This document shows, piece after piece, positions 42,790 through 51,145 of a stretch of 64,000 nucleotides of DNA. This DNA comes from a virus (lineage: Duplodnaviria > Heunggongvirae > Uroviricota > Caudoviricetes). The position numbers and the translations under genes are program-made. Each line of letters opens with the position of its first letter. Positions within the stretch are counted from its first letter, which is position 1. Location: IMG/VR virus record IMGVR_UViG_2513237141_000003, positions 64,001 through 128,000 of that record. The stretch is one strand, 5' to 3'. The notes below the pieces were generated by a model that was given only the letters and a program-made list of their open reading frames with translations, did not search any database and had not been told where the DNA came from.

Positions 42790-43625
42790 CTCAGCACCCT
42801 CGCATGCACCCTGATCGAGTCGTATTTCGCACTGTTTGGGGCGAGCATCGTCCGAAGCAGCAGGGGCCATCCAGCGCGCACCAAGTTTAATTCGGCCCGC
42901 CATTTCGGCATAAACTGCCGAGTGTACCCAGTGTAAAAAACGTCTGTAACTTGCAATCCAGTTCTTTCGAGCAAAAGTCGAAGTGATCTTTCGGTAAAGA
43001 AAGAAAGATGGCGCGGGATATCTGTCCATGGCCATGCATCCTTGAACCAGCGAAAGCCAGTGGCGGCGTTATTTGGCACCTCGATAACAATGACGCCGTC
43101 GTTCGCGAGAATCGATTTTGCGTTTGTCAGGGCTCGAATTGGATCAATGCAGTGCTCTAAAACGTGAGACATGAGCACGACATCAAATTTGCCAACTGGC
43201 GGCAGGTGTTCTGCGGTGCCATCGTAGGTTGGACACACATCGTTTGCGATGTGGCGGGCACGTTGATCAGGCTCGATGCCAACAATGCTGTAGCCCGCGG
43301 ATCGCAATTTTCGGAGCAAATCGCCATTCCCGCAGCCGATATCGCAAGCTGTTTTGCCGGCGGGAAGTTCGCTCGGATCGAAATCTTTGCCGCCGTCCAA
43401 TTTGAACGCGCTGTGAATTAGCAGCCTTTCGAGAGGCGACGGCTTGCGCGACTCATCCTTCGCTATTGAGTGGGTATAGTAGGATGCCGGATAGAAGCTG
43501 GAAACCTGCTCTGGGGTGAAGTCTCCAGCCAGGCGACCGAATGAACATTGGTTGCACCAACGCAAATCGAAATGAGAAGTTTGAAATAGCCGATTGGTTT
43601 CGGCGTCGCAAATTAAGCAATTCAT
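42786..43625 (-). CDS. SAM-dependent methyltransferase with N-terminal CxxC pairs (glycan-modifying type; moron)
   Basis: CLIC...CNQC; CDIGCGNG motif I; FDVVLMSHVLEH; VIEVPN; more AT-rich than the flanking genes. Confidence 0.85.
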   Translation of the reverse strand: MNCLICDAETNRLFQTSHFDLRWCNQCSFGRLAGDFTPEQVSSFYPASYYTHSIAKDESRKPSPLERLLIHSAFKLDGGKDFDPSELPAGKTACDIGCGNGDLLRKLRSAGYSIVGIEPDQRARHIANDVCPTYDGTAEHLPPVGKFDVVLMSHVLEHCIDPIRALTNAKSILANDGVIVIEVPNNAATGFRWFKDAWPWTDIPRHLSFFTERSLRLLLERTGLQVTDVFYTGYTRQFMPKWRAELNLVRAGWPLLLRTMLAPNSAKYDSIRVHARVLS

Positions 43626-43647
43626 AAGTGCAAGACGACCTCTAGTT

Positions 43648-43676
43648 GTTATAAATGTCAGTGGGATTGAACACAA
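43648..43676 (-). promoter_or_regulatory. Putative sigma70 promoter of the methyltransferase moron
   Basis: On the - strand TTGTGT-N17-TATAAC, upstream of ATG 43625. Confidence 0.55.
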
Positions 43677-43729
43677 CCCGTGCTTGTGGCCTACAATTGG
43701 TCGCGGATCGGCTCCCGACCGCTCACTGT

Positions 43730-43903
43730 TTAAGAACGGCTGCGAAGGACCGCATACGCGGCGGCTATAGTCGCGCCGGCCAATGCACGCTGATGTGCTC
43801 GGTCGTCAGCCAATTTCTGATCACGTACCTCCTGCCGTGTCACCGCGCGGTACTCCGCCTCGGTGCGGGCTATGTGCTCCTCAGTCATTTCATCTTCAAA
43901 CAT
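43730..43903 (-). CDS. Small phage protein
   Basis: MFEDEMTEEH..., RBS GGAG. Confidence 0.55.
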   Translation of the reverse strand: MFEDEMTEEHIARTEAEYRAVTRQEVRDQKLADDRAHQRALAGATIAAAYAVLRSRS

Positions 43904-43923
43904 TGTTGTCTCCCGGTTGCTGC

Positions 43924-44244
43924 TCAGGATTGCCGGGGAGCAGTCGGCCAGCCATGATGCCAACAGAAAGCAGCATAGGCGGCAACATCGCGCGGATCAC
44001 CCTTCGCCAAATGTTCGGCTAGGTGCTTCTGGCATTCTGCCTCCCAATTGTCGCGCATCCAATCATTGTTGTAGCCGTACTTCTTCTCGGCCGTGCGTAG
44101 CTTTTCAAGCAATGCTGCCGAGAACTTGGAGACTAGCGCCTCCAGCGGATCGCGGTTCTTCTCAAAAACCCGCTTTTGGAGTTTGAGCTTTTCATCCGCC
44201 ATCGCTAGCGCCTCTTTCATGATCGGTTCATAGGGATCGCTCAT
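43924..44244 (-). CDS. Phage hypothetical protein
   Basis: HLAKGDPRDVAAYAAFCWHHGWPT motif seen in phage early genes. Confidence 0.7.
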   Translation of the reverse strand: MSDPYEPIMKEALAMADEKLKLQKRVFEKNRDPLEALVSKFSAALLEKLRTAEKKYGYNNDWMRDNWEAECQKHLAEHLAKGDPRDVAAYAAFCWHHGWPTAPRQS

Positions 44245-44278
44245 TGTTTCCTCGCTGTCAGTCTTCGGTCAAAAGCGG

Positions 44279-44461
44279 TTACGCAGCCGCCAGTAGTATT
44301 TTGCGCGCAGCCTCTACAGCCTTCGCGCAGCGCGGATTGTAGACGTCCGGATCGGTCGATTCTGCGCAGTCGAGGATCGATCCGTTGTATTCATAGCCCC
44401 ATTCCAGCAGGTAAGCCCTTGCTGCCTTTTCAAGCCTATCGCGGCTGATCTTCTTGCTCAC
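44279..44461 (-). CDS. Small phage protein
   Basis: 60 aa, overlapping start and stop. Confidence 0.6.
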   Translation of the reverse strand: MSKKISRDRLEKAARAYLLEWGYEYNGSILDCAESTDPDVYNPRCAKAVEAARKILLAAA

Positions 44462-44649
44462 TGTCCCTCGCCATTCGCGATCGGCGTTCTGGCGACGAAG
44501 TAGTTGATACCGCGTTCGCCAACGTCAAAATGGGTGATGCGCTCGCCGGATTTAAGCTCGCCACTCCGCTTGAATAGTTCCTCCGCCAACCGCTTCCAGC
44601 TTATGAAGCTGGCCGTGGATGACTCCTCGAATGTGATTTTTATCTGCAT
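44458..44649 (-). CDS. Small phage protein
   Basis: 63 aa ORF. Confidence 0.6.
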   Translation of the reverse strand: MQIKITFEESSTASFISWKRLAEELFKRSGELKSGERITHFDVGERGINYFVARTPIANGEGQ

Positions 44650-44700
44650 GGCGTTTCCTACTAAAAGTCGCCTCTAAACCAGCTGATCTTACCAACCATC

Positions 44701-44733
44701 GCGCCCGCTCCCGCAGTGGAGCGGGCGCTTTTT
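44701..44733 (+). terminator. Terminator oriented on + inside the leftward operon
   Basis: GCGCCCGCTCC-cgcagt-GGAGCGGGCGC then TTTTT. Confidence 0.7.
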
Positions 44734-44748
44734 GCGTTTTCGAGGGTG

Positions 44749-44937
44749 CTACGCGAGAGCGCCGGAAGTATCCGCGACCTGCTTCCGCACCATCCCGTTA
44801 ATTGCCTTCACTTTAAGCTCCTTGCGCTCGGCAAGGCGTTCAGCGGCCCGGATGGCGGTCAGGCCATTCGTGAACCACCGTGTCACGTAGCGCTTGCCGT
44901 CAGTGGTGACGACGACGCAGCGGATGTTCTTGCTCAT
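44749..44937 (-). CDS. Small phage protein
   Basis: 62 aa basic ORF. Confidence 0.55.
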   Translation of the reverse strand: MSKNIRCVVVTTDGKRYVTRWFTNGLTAIRAAERLAERKELKVKAINGMVRKQVADTSGALA

Positions 44938-44947
44938 GGCGCAGCTC

Positions 44948-45190
44948 TCAGTGCGTCGGCCAAAGGCATACCGCCAAGGGGCCGTCCACGACGTCCTCTT
45001 CCGAATACCCCTGTTCCTCGTCTTCGTCCGTCAGCTCATCGAGACCGAAGCGGCTGTCACCGGCGTCGTACCGGCCTATGTGGGCACCTGATGTCCGCAT
45101 GAACCCATTGCCTTCCGGATCTATCGCCTGGACGACGACGGCGTCCTGCGGCAGCGCCTGCAGCGCCAAAATCAATTCTGCTACTTTCAT
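44948..45190 (-). CDS. Small phage protein
   Basis: MKVAELILALQALPQDAVVV...DPEGN motif common in phages. Confidence 0.7.
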   Translation of the reverse strand: MKVAELILALQALPQDAVVVQAIDPEGNGFMRTSGAHIGRYDAGDSRFGLDELTDEDEEQGYSEEDVVDGPLAVCLWPTH

Positions 45191-45423
45191 ATGGTCATTC
45201 TCCCCTTGCGAAAGGTCTCGATGGTTGCCGTGCAGCGCTTGCAGTCGAAGGGCTCGCCCTTCTTGGCGACGAGCAGACGACTCTCATACTCATCCAAGAC
45301 CTCGACAATCGGCGGATCTTCTGGCTGCAGGCGACCAGGACGCAGCATGATGCCGCACGCCGTCTTGTTGCCGTGCTTGTCGGATGCGGGGACGAAGCGG
45401 TGGACGGTGCGAGGGTCGGTCAT
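45187..45423 (-). CDS. Small Zn-finger-like phage protein
   Basis: H...TACG...DCKRC. Confidence 0.6.
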   Translation of the reverse strand: MTDPRTVHRFVPASDKHGNKTACGIMLRPGRLQPEDPPIVEVLDEYESRLLVAKKGEPFDCKRCTATIETFRKGRMTI

Positions 45424-45707
45424 CGCTTGCGCCCATCCCTGAATTTAAGTTTGTCCCAGTTGGCGCGCACGTACGCGCCAACTTCCTTGCCAAGAGGGGT
45501 CCAGAACAGGCCGTCATGCTTCCCACGGACCTCGACCAGACCGAGCTTGGTCAGGCTACGCTCGACACCGAGCGCGGCTATGTGGGTCCATTTGCCAAGG
45601 CCGGTGTGGATGCGGCCACAACTGTCGTCTTCGTTCTTGCCGGCGTCCTTGACGTTGATGGCACCGATGATGGTGAGTCTGGAGGCGATCGCGGGAATGT
45701 CAGTCAT
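45420..45707 (-). CDS. Small phage protein (possible wHTH)
   Basis: Start ATG 45707 coupled to the upstream stop. Confidence 0.55.
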   Translation of the reverse strand: MTDIPAIASRLTIIGAINVKDAGKNEDDSCGRIHTGLGKWTHIAALGVERSLTKLGLVEVRGKHDGLFWTPLGKEVGAYVRANWDKLKFRDGRKR

Positions 45708-45877
45708 GTCTGTCTCCGATCCTGCGCGACTGCGTATGCCGTGTAGCGCGGGCACTCCTCCAGCGGCTCCCGCCAAGAAGCGGTTGAGCTTTTGCTCTGG
45801 TAGAGGTCGCACCCAACGCACCAGCGCCGATTAACGACCTCGATGAACTCATGCGCCCTCAAAAACAGATCCATCAT
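45704..45877 (-). CDS. Small Cys-containing phage protein
   Basis: MMDLFLRAHEF...WCVGCD..., read by hand. Confidence 0.5.
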   Translation of the reverse strand: MMDLFLRAHEFIEVVNRRWCVGCDLYQSKSSTASWREPLEECPRYTAYAVAQDRRQT

Positions 45878-46215
45878 TCGACTCCGTGGTGCTTGACCGG
45901 CGCCTCGCCATTCGGCGGCTCGCTCCAGTGGCCCGTCTTGTGCAGCACCTCCGTCCACACTCGCTTGATCTTGTCCGAGCAGTGCGCCATGGCGTCCGCC
46001 CATGTGGCGGGACGCCCGACCATGGCCTGGAAGCAGGTCTGGTAATAGATCTGCTGCACGTCGTGTGGGTCTTCGGGAGGGTGCTTGCGCGCGCAGACCA
46101 GACAGTGATCCTTTGGCGGCGGCACGAGTTTCCACGACATCGGCTTGATGGTCGCACGGCCGTCGGCGTCGACCTCGGTCACGGTGGAGGGGAGCTCCTT
46201 GATGATCTTGGGCAT
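45874..46215 (-). CDS. Phage protein with C/H motif
   Basis: CLVCARKHPPEDPHD...GRPATWADAMAHC. Confidence 0.65.
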   Translation of the reverse strand: MPKIIKELPSTVTEVDADGRATIKPMSWKLVPPPKDHCLVCARKHPPEDPHDVQQIYYQTCFQAMVGRPATWADAMAHCSDKIKRVWTEVLHKTGHWSEPPNGEAPVKHHGVE

Positions 46216-46397
46216 CAGACCAGCCCCTTTTCCTGGGCCAGCCAGAGCGGGAGGGTCCATGACCCGTCACCGTTGTTTTCGACCAGCGACTTCGCAACCC
46301 AGGCTCGCGTCTTGCCGTCGTACAGGCGGTAGGCGCGGTCGGTCTCCTGCAGTAGCTCGGCCTCAATGTCGGTGAGCTTCGATTCAATGGTGGGCAT
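46215..46397 (-). CDS. Small phage protein
   Basis: ETDRAYRLYDG...WVAKS..E...TLPLWLAQEKGL motif. Confidence 0.7.
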   Translation of the reverse strand: MPTIESKLTDIEAELLQETDRAYRLYDGKTRAWVAKSLVENNGDGSWTLPLWLAQEKGLV

Positions 46398-46708
46398 CAG
46401 AAGACCCTCTCGAAGCGACCGTCCAGAAACTCCTCGCGCATCCGGAACACGAGCTTGCCGCCGTTGATATTGCGGTAGGCGACCCAGTCCTGCGCTTCGA
46501 GGAGAGCGGACTTGTCGGCGGTCAGAGCTGAAATTTGTATCTCGGCATCGACTGACACGACCTCGTAGACGCCGCCTCGCTTTTTGTGCCGCCAGTGCTC
46601 GCCGACGGCGACCCCGAGCGGCGTCCGAGTCTCATCAGATTGTGGCGGTGCCGTACAACCTGCGGCCCCACAGAATGGGGTTCGTTTGTGTGGTGTGCAT
46701 ATACACAT
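46397..46708 (-). CDS. DUF1653-like protein
   Basis: WRHKKRGGVYEV...VAYR...VFRMREEFLDGRF; start ATG 46708 after RBS AAGGAG. Confidence 0.7.
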   Translation of the reverse strand: MCICTPHKRTPFCGAAGCTAPPQSDETRTPLGVAVGEHWRHKKRGGVYEVVSVDAEIQISALTADKSALLEAQDWVAYRNINGGKLVFRMREEFLDGRFERVF

Positions 46709-47093
46709 CGCTCTTGGTCTCCTTGGTTTTGGCTTCCAGCTGCGACCGGAAGAACGGATGGGCGATGATCTCATCACCGACTTGGTAGATAGCGGGGTCT
46801 CGCTTGAACTCCCCACCGAACCGCTTGATGAGCTTCTTGTGGATGCGCTTGGAGCGGTGCCTGCTGACCGGAAAGGTGCGGTCACCGTCCTTCGTTGCGT
46901 GGATCGAGAAGGCGATGGTCGGTGGTCTTGGTGGCGGGTTTAAGTCACGCATTGCCTGACGGATCTTCTCGAACGTCAGATCCTCCTGTGGTGGCGCCGG
47001 CACCGTTGACGTGAAGGTGTCGAGCATGATGGCACGCACGTTGGCATCCATCCTTGCGCGCATGTGCGCGATGAGGTCGTGGGCGATGCTCAT
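46635..47093 (-). CDS. Phage hypothetical protein
   Basis: MSIAHDL..., ATGA coupling to the nucleotidyltransferase gene. Confidence 0.6.
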   Translation of the reverse strand: MSIAHDLIAHMRARMDANVRAIMLDTFTSTVPAPPQEDLTFEKIRQAMRDLNPPPRPPTIAFSIHATKDGDRTFPVSRHRSKRIHKKLIKRFGGEFKRDPAIYQVGDEIIAHPFFRSQLEAKTKETKSDVYMHTTQTNPILWGRRLYGTATI

Positions 47094-48064
47094 AGAACCT
47101 CCGCCAAGTACACGCGATGCACGAAGTCCTCGATCCATTGATGATCCGGCTCGGCCGGCAGCGCCGACACGGCGGCTGCCGCCTCGACCTTCTCCAGGAA
47201 ATCCTCGATCTCTGCCGCAACCTCTTGGTAAGGAAGCTTTGCAGTCTTGATGTCCAATACATGCCGCGCGTTCGGTAGCGGGAAGGTGATGTGACCGGTC
47301 TTGAGCAGCTCCAGCGCCTCCGTCCCCACGCGCACGGCGTGGCTGAGCGCCTTCCAGTCGACGCCTTGCTGGGTCTCCGCCATCAGCGCACGCTGGCCGT
47401 ATTCGTCGACCATGCGCTGCATGACGCCATGGGCGTTCTTTATCGAGGCCGAGTATGGCATCTTGCGGCCGCAGACTTCCCAATGCGGCATGGGACGTCC
47501 GGTTGATGGGTTGTCGATGGTGATGACGGTCGTGTGCTCGTGCGCGACGATGAAGTCTTGGATGTCCGTCCCGATCAATTCCAGCTTCTGCGTCGTTCCG
47601 TACTTCTCCATCGCCAGCGTAAGGAGTGCGAGCGCCGCGCGCGATGATGCCACGCGCGAGCCCTTCACGCCGTACTTGTTTGCCTGGGTCCTTACATATC
47701 CTACGAACGACGCCGACTTCCTGGTGAGGAGGCGATGGCGATTGGCCATGATCTCCACCCACTCGCCCGACGGCGGCTCGACCATGGCCCATTCGGGCGC
47801 AAACAGCACGTCGAGCGCGACCGTCTGACCCTCGGAGGCCAGCTCCAGGAACCGCTGCAGGCTGTGCGCCTCCTCGTCAACCTCTCCAGCGTAGTTCTTC
47901 TCTCCCATGCCCTTGGGGCGCTTGTTGGAGATGGTCGACTTGACTCGCTGCAGGATGATGTCGCGCGCGGATGGAACGAACACCGACTTGTAATCGATGT
48001 CGGAGGCTGGCGTGGAGGTTCCGTAGAGGAAACTACCGAAATGTACGGTGACGATATTACGCAT
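47090..48064 (-). CDS. DNA pol-beta superfamily nucleotidyltransferase (Nuc-transf/RlaP type)
   Basis: HFGSFLYGTSTPASDIDY (GS...DxD) and DWKALSHAVRV motifs. Confidence 0.85.
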   Translation of the reverse strand: MRNIVTVHFGSFLYGTSTPASDIDYKSVFVPSARDIILQRVKSTISNKRPKGMGEKNYAGEVDEEAHSLQRFLELASEGQTVALDVLFAPEWAMVEPPSGEWVEIMANRHRLLTRKSASFVGYVRTQANKYGVKGSRVASSRAALALLTLAMEKYGTTQKLELIGTDIQDFIVAHEHTTVITIDNPSTGRPMPHWEVCGRKMPYSASIKNAHGVMQRMVDEYGQRALMAETQQGVDWKALSHAVRVGTEALELLKTGHITFPLPNARHVLDIKTAKLPYQEVAAEIEDFLEKVEAAAAVSALPAEPDHQWIEDFVHRVYLAEVL

Positions 48065-48578
48065 CGAGTTGCTTCTCCGCCTCCAATAGCCGCAGCCATG
48101 CCAGGGCGTGCAGGCCGGTATTTGCCCGCGTCAGCACGGTGAGCGCGGCACGTTTCTCCGGCAGGTACGTCCGCGCGAAATGCGGGTCGTGACGAACGAT
48201 GCTGGAGGTATTGCTGATAAGGTCGGCGCACTTGATCGACTGCGCATCGGCGCCAGCAGCCTCAAGCCGCGCCAGATCCATGGCCTTGCGCTGCTTGCGT
48301 GTCGGTCCGCCGGGGACCGCCGGCACGTCGGTTAGCTCGCGCACAATGCCGGCAATTTCGCGCCCGAACTCGCGCTCCAGATCCTGGTGGGTGACGGGCT
48401 GGTCTTCGACGGTGTCGTGCAAATAGGCCGCAGCGATCGCCGTCTTGCCAAGGCCAAACTGCCGGCACAGTTCCGCGACCTCATGCAGATGCACAAAGTA
48501 CTTTTCGCCGGTATACTTGCGCGCCTGGGTCGCGTGTGCGCGCTCGGCGAACTTGCGGGCCTTGTCGACGATGTTCAT
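48057..48578 (-). CDS. HD-domain hydrolase (SpoT/Mesh1-like small alarmone hydrolase)
   Basis: AH..Q.RKYTGEKYFVHL.EVA, AYLHDTVED, IKCADLISN. Confidence 0.85.
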   Translation of the reverse strand: MNIVDKARKFAERAHATQARKYTGEKYFVHLHEVAELCRQFGLGKTAIAAAYLHDTVEDQPVTHQDLEREFGREIAGIVRELTDVPAVPGGPTRKQRKAMDLARLEAAGADAQSIKCADLISNTSSIVRHDPHFARTYLPEKRAALTVLTRANTGLHALAWLRLLEAEKQLDA

Positions 48579-48632
48579 TGAAACGATCCCGAAGTGACGC
48601 CGGCCCCGCAGGGGAGCCGGCGCGATGCCTGA

Positions 48633-49028
48633 TTAGAGCTTGGCCAGTTCGGCCTGCAGGTCCTCCAGCGACTTACCCTTGAGCGCCTCGTCCTGCTTGT
48701 CGGCGATCAGTGCCATGATCTTCTGTTTCTGTTCGGCGCGATCGCGCTCCTTGGAGGCCTGACGGTTCTCCTCCAGCTTGGTGTCGATCACGAACTTGAC
48801 GATATCGAAGCGGAGCTGGACGGTCGGGTCGGAGGCCTTGTCGGCCTCCACGAACGAGATGTCCTCGCCGCTCTTAAGCTGCTTGTAGAGGGAGCGGGCG
48901 AGGTCATCGAGGTTGGTCTTGCCGGTCTTGGAGGCAAGCGGAAGATCGAACAGATCCTCCACGGCGAGCATGCCCTTGCCGGTGTCGAAACGGAGCTTGA
49001 TGCGCGCCGCCTTCTCAAACATATCCAT
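48633..49028 (-). CDS. Conserved phage coiled-coil protein
   Basis: FEKAARIKLRF...G.LAVEDLFDLPL motif; strong RBS. Confidence 0.75.
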   Translation of the reverse strand: MDMFEKAARIKLRFDTGKGMLAVEDLFDLPLASKTGKTNLDDLARSLYKQLKSGEDISFVEADKASDPTVQLRFDIVKFVIDTKLEENRQASKERDRAEQKQKIMALIADKQDEALKGKSLEDLQAELAKL

Positions 49029-49055
49029 GGTGGTCTCCTTGGTGGTGGGTCTGGA

Positions 49056-51092
49056 TTAAAACTGCACACGCACCGTGCGTGTGAAGCTGCCCTTGGCGCG
49101 AACCAAGAGCTCGTTCCTCTGGGTCGAGGAGAAGCCCAGACCCGAGAGCTGGTCGACCGTGGACTCGACCTTCGACTTGGCGCCCACGATCTCGATCACT
49201 TTGCGATGAGGCGATAGCTCATCGATCAGGAACTCGTTGAAGAAGCCTCGCGGGCGTTCTTCGTTGACGCAGCCGTCAAGCATGAAGAAATAGTGCTTGT
49301 TGCCGGTGCCGTTGCCCTCGGCCCAGTGGTTCGGCGAGAGCATGACCGTGGTGACGCGGTGGAAGTCCTGGGTCTTGATGCCCCACAGGGAACGAGAGAC
49401 CTGCGTGCTCGGCAGTGAGCGGATGATCTCGATGCCTTTGGCGCGGGTGTAGCGCAGGTGGGCGATCTCGGCTGAGCCAATCAGGGCCTTGTCGTAGTGG
49501 ATGTGCGTCACCTCGCCGAGCCAGTCGATCTCGATGTCGAAGCCGACGTTGTCTACCTCGCGCCGGGCGTACTGGTTGACGGAGAGGCGGTACTCTCCTT
49601 CCTTCATGGTGGCCCGGTTGGCGTAGAAGATGTTCTCGACCGGCTCCCGCGTGGTGCCGCGACCCGCGTTCATGTCGACATCGAGCCGTCCACCAGACGG
49701 CGAGACCGTACTCTTGGTGCCGAAGAAAATATGGTGCCCGCTCGGCTCCTTCATGTGCAAGTCGAGGTCGTCGTAGTTGAACCACGCCAATCGGCAGCAG
49801 AGGTCGCCACTGACGTTGCCGCCAGCGCGCTTGACCTTCTCCTTGATCGAGTCGGTGACCTCGCCGTTATAGGTCCATGAGAAGCCGTTGCCCCATTTGA
49901 ACAGGGGTTTGGCGCTCTTGTGCTGGGGTGCGATCAGGCTGACCAGATTGCCGGCGTGGCGGTTCTCCAACATCACCTCGATGCTATCGACCTTGGGCAG
50001 GATGTGCCGGACGAACTCCTCGACACCTACTGTCTCGACCTTGTCGAGACTCTGAGCCTTGGCAGGGGCCTTGACGACGACCTGATCGAATACGTCGCCG
50101 TTCATCACTTTCCGCGCGCTGCGGTCCGCGAACAGGATGTCGTTGACGGAGATGTCGGTCAGCCGCGCGTGGCGACGCTCCAGGGCGTCGCCGATGCCGA
50201 GCTTCACCACGGCCTCGCGGGCCTTCTCAACCATGGCCTTGGAGACCAGCGCGGTGGGGCGCTTGTAATTGGTCGGCGCCATCACGGCGTCGAACTTGCC
50301 GACCGCCTGTTCGAGTTCCATGTTTTCGGACAGGTTGATGAGCAGGGTGCCGATGGCGGTGTTGCGGACGCGCGCAACTGAGGGCGGCACCTTGTCGTAG
50401 TTGGCCCATGTGAACAGCACACGCGCTTCCCCCGCAGGCAAGAGGTCGTGAGCCTGCTTCAATTTCGCGAACTCGGTGACGACGAACTTGTGCTCCTCGC
50501 CGCGATACAGCGACTTATTGGCAATCAGCTCCAGCACGGTGTCGATCGCCTCCTGGCTCACCGTCTGCAGGGATCGCAAGAACACCTCTTGCGTTGTCTT
50601 CATCTCGCCGATCTTGGTCGGGATGTCCGCGGCCTGGCAGAAGAAGGTCTTACCCTCGTTCCGCCCCCAAGGGATGTCGGCATAGAAGTGATTGAAGGTG
50701 CGGACTGCGCCATCGACTTCGCCGTGGTTCTTGTCGGTGCCGACATGCTTTTCGCCATGCAGGAACGGCCGGTCGATCGCCTTCGACTTGACGAACTCCG
50801 ACATGGCGCCGGCAACGGCCGCATAGGCCGGCTCTTTGATCTTGACGTCCCACACGCTCTTGAGCTCGCCATCGACGATGGCGACAACCCCACCCAGGAC
50901 TTTCACGAAGCGTCGGCAGGACGAGCAGTCGTGCTCGGTGCGCTTGCGGAAGATGGGGTTTGTCCCCTCGGGGAAGCTGGCGAGGTAGTGCTCCCAGAGC
51001 GCGTCCCCATCCACGTCCACACAGAACAGGTCGTGTTTGGTCAGCCGCTTGAACTGCGCCTCGACGGGCGCCTTGAAGGCGTGGAAGTCCAT
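49056..51092 (-). CDS. Large conserved phage protein with a YfaP/DUF2135-like beta domain
   Basis: EHDCSSCRRF near the N-terminus; DDLDLHMKEP...GRLDVDMNAG...PVENI. Confidence 0.78.
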   Translation of the reverse strand: MDFHAFKAPVEAQFKRLTKHDLFCVDVDGDALWEHYLASFPEGTNPIFRKRTEHDCSSCRRFVKVLGGVVAIVDGELKSVWDVKIKEPAYAAVAGAMSEFVKSKAIDRPFLHGEKHVGTDKNHGEVDGAVRTFNHFYADIPWGRNEGKTFFCQAADIPTKIGEMKTTQEVFLRSLQTVSQEAIDTVLELIANKSLYRGEEHKFVVTEFAKLKQAHDLLPAGEARVLFTWANYDKVPPSVARVRNTAIGTLLINLSENMELEQAVGKFDAVMAPTNYKRPTALVSKAMVEKAREAVVKLGIGDALERRHARLTDISVNDILFADRSARKVMNGDVFDQVVVKAPAKAQSLDKVETVGVEEFVRHILPKVDSIEVMLENRHAGNLVSLIAPQHKSAKPLFKWGNGFSWTYNGEVTDSIKEKVKRAGGNVSGDLCCRLAWFNYDDLDLHMKEPSGHHIFFGTKSTVSPSGGRLDVDMNAGRGTTREPVENIFYANRATMKEGEYRLSVNQYARREVDNVGFDIEIDWLGEVTHIHYDKALIGSAEIAHLRYTRAKGIEIIRSLPSTQVSRSLWGIKTQDFHRVTTVMLSPNHWAEGNGTGNKHYFFMLDGCVNEERPRGFFNEFLIDELSPHRKVIEIVGAKSKVESTVDQLSGLGFSSTQRNELLVRAKGSFTRTVRVQF

Positions 51093-51145
51093 GTGGTCTC
51101 CTTGTTGACGATCCCCGCTGCGAACAGGGGCCTTGGGTGTGGTGA

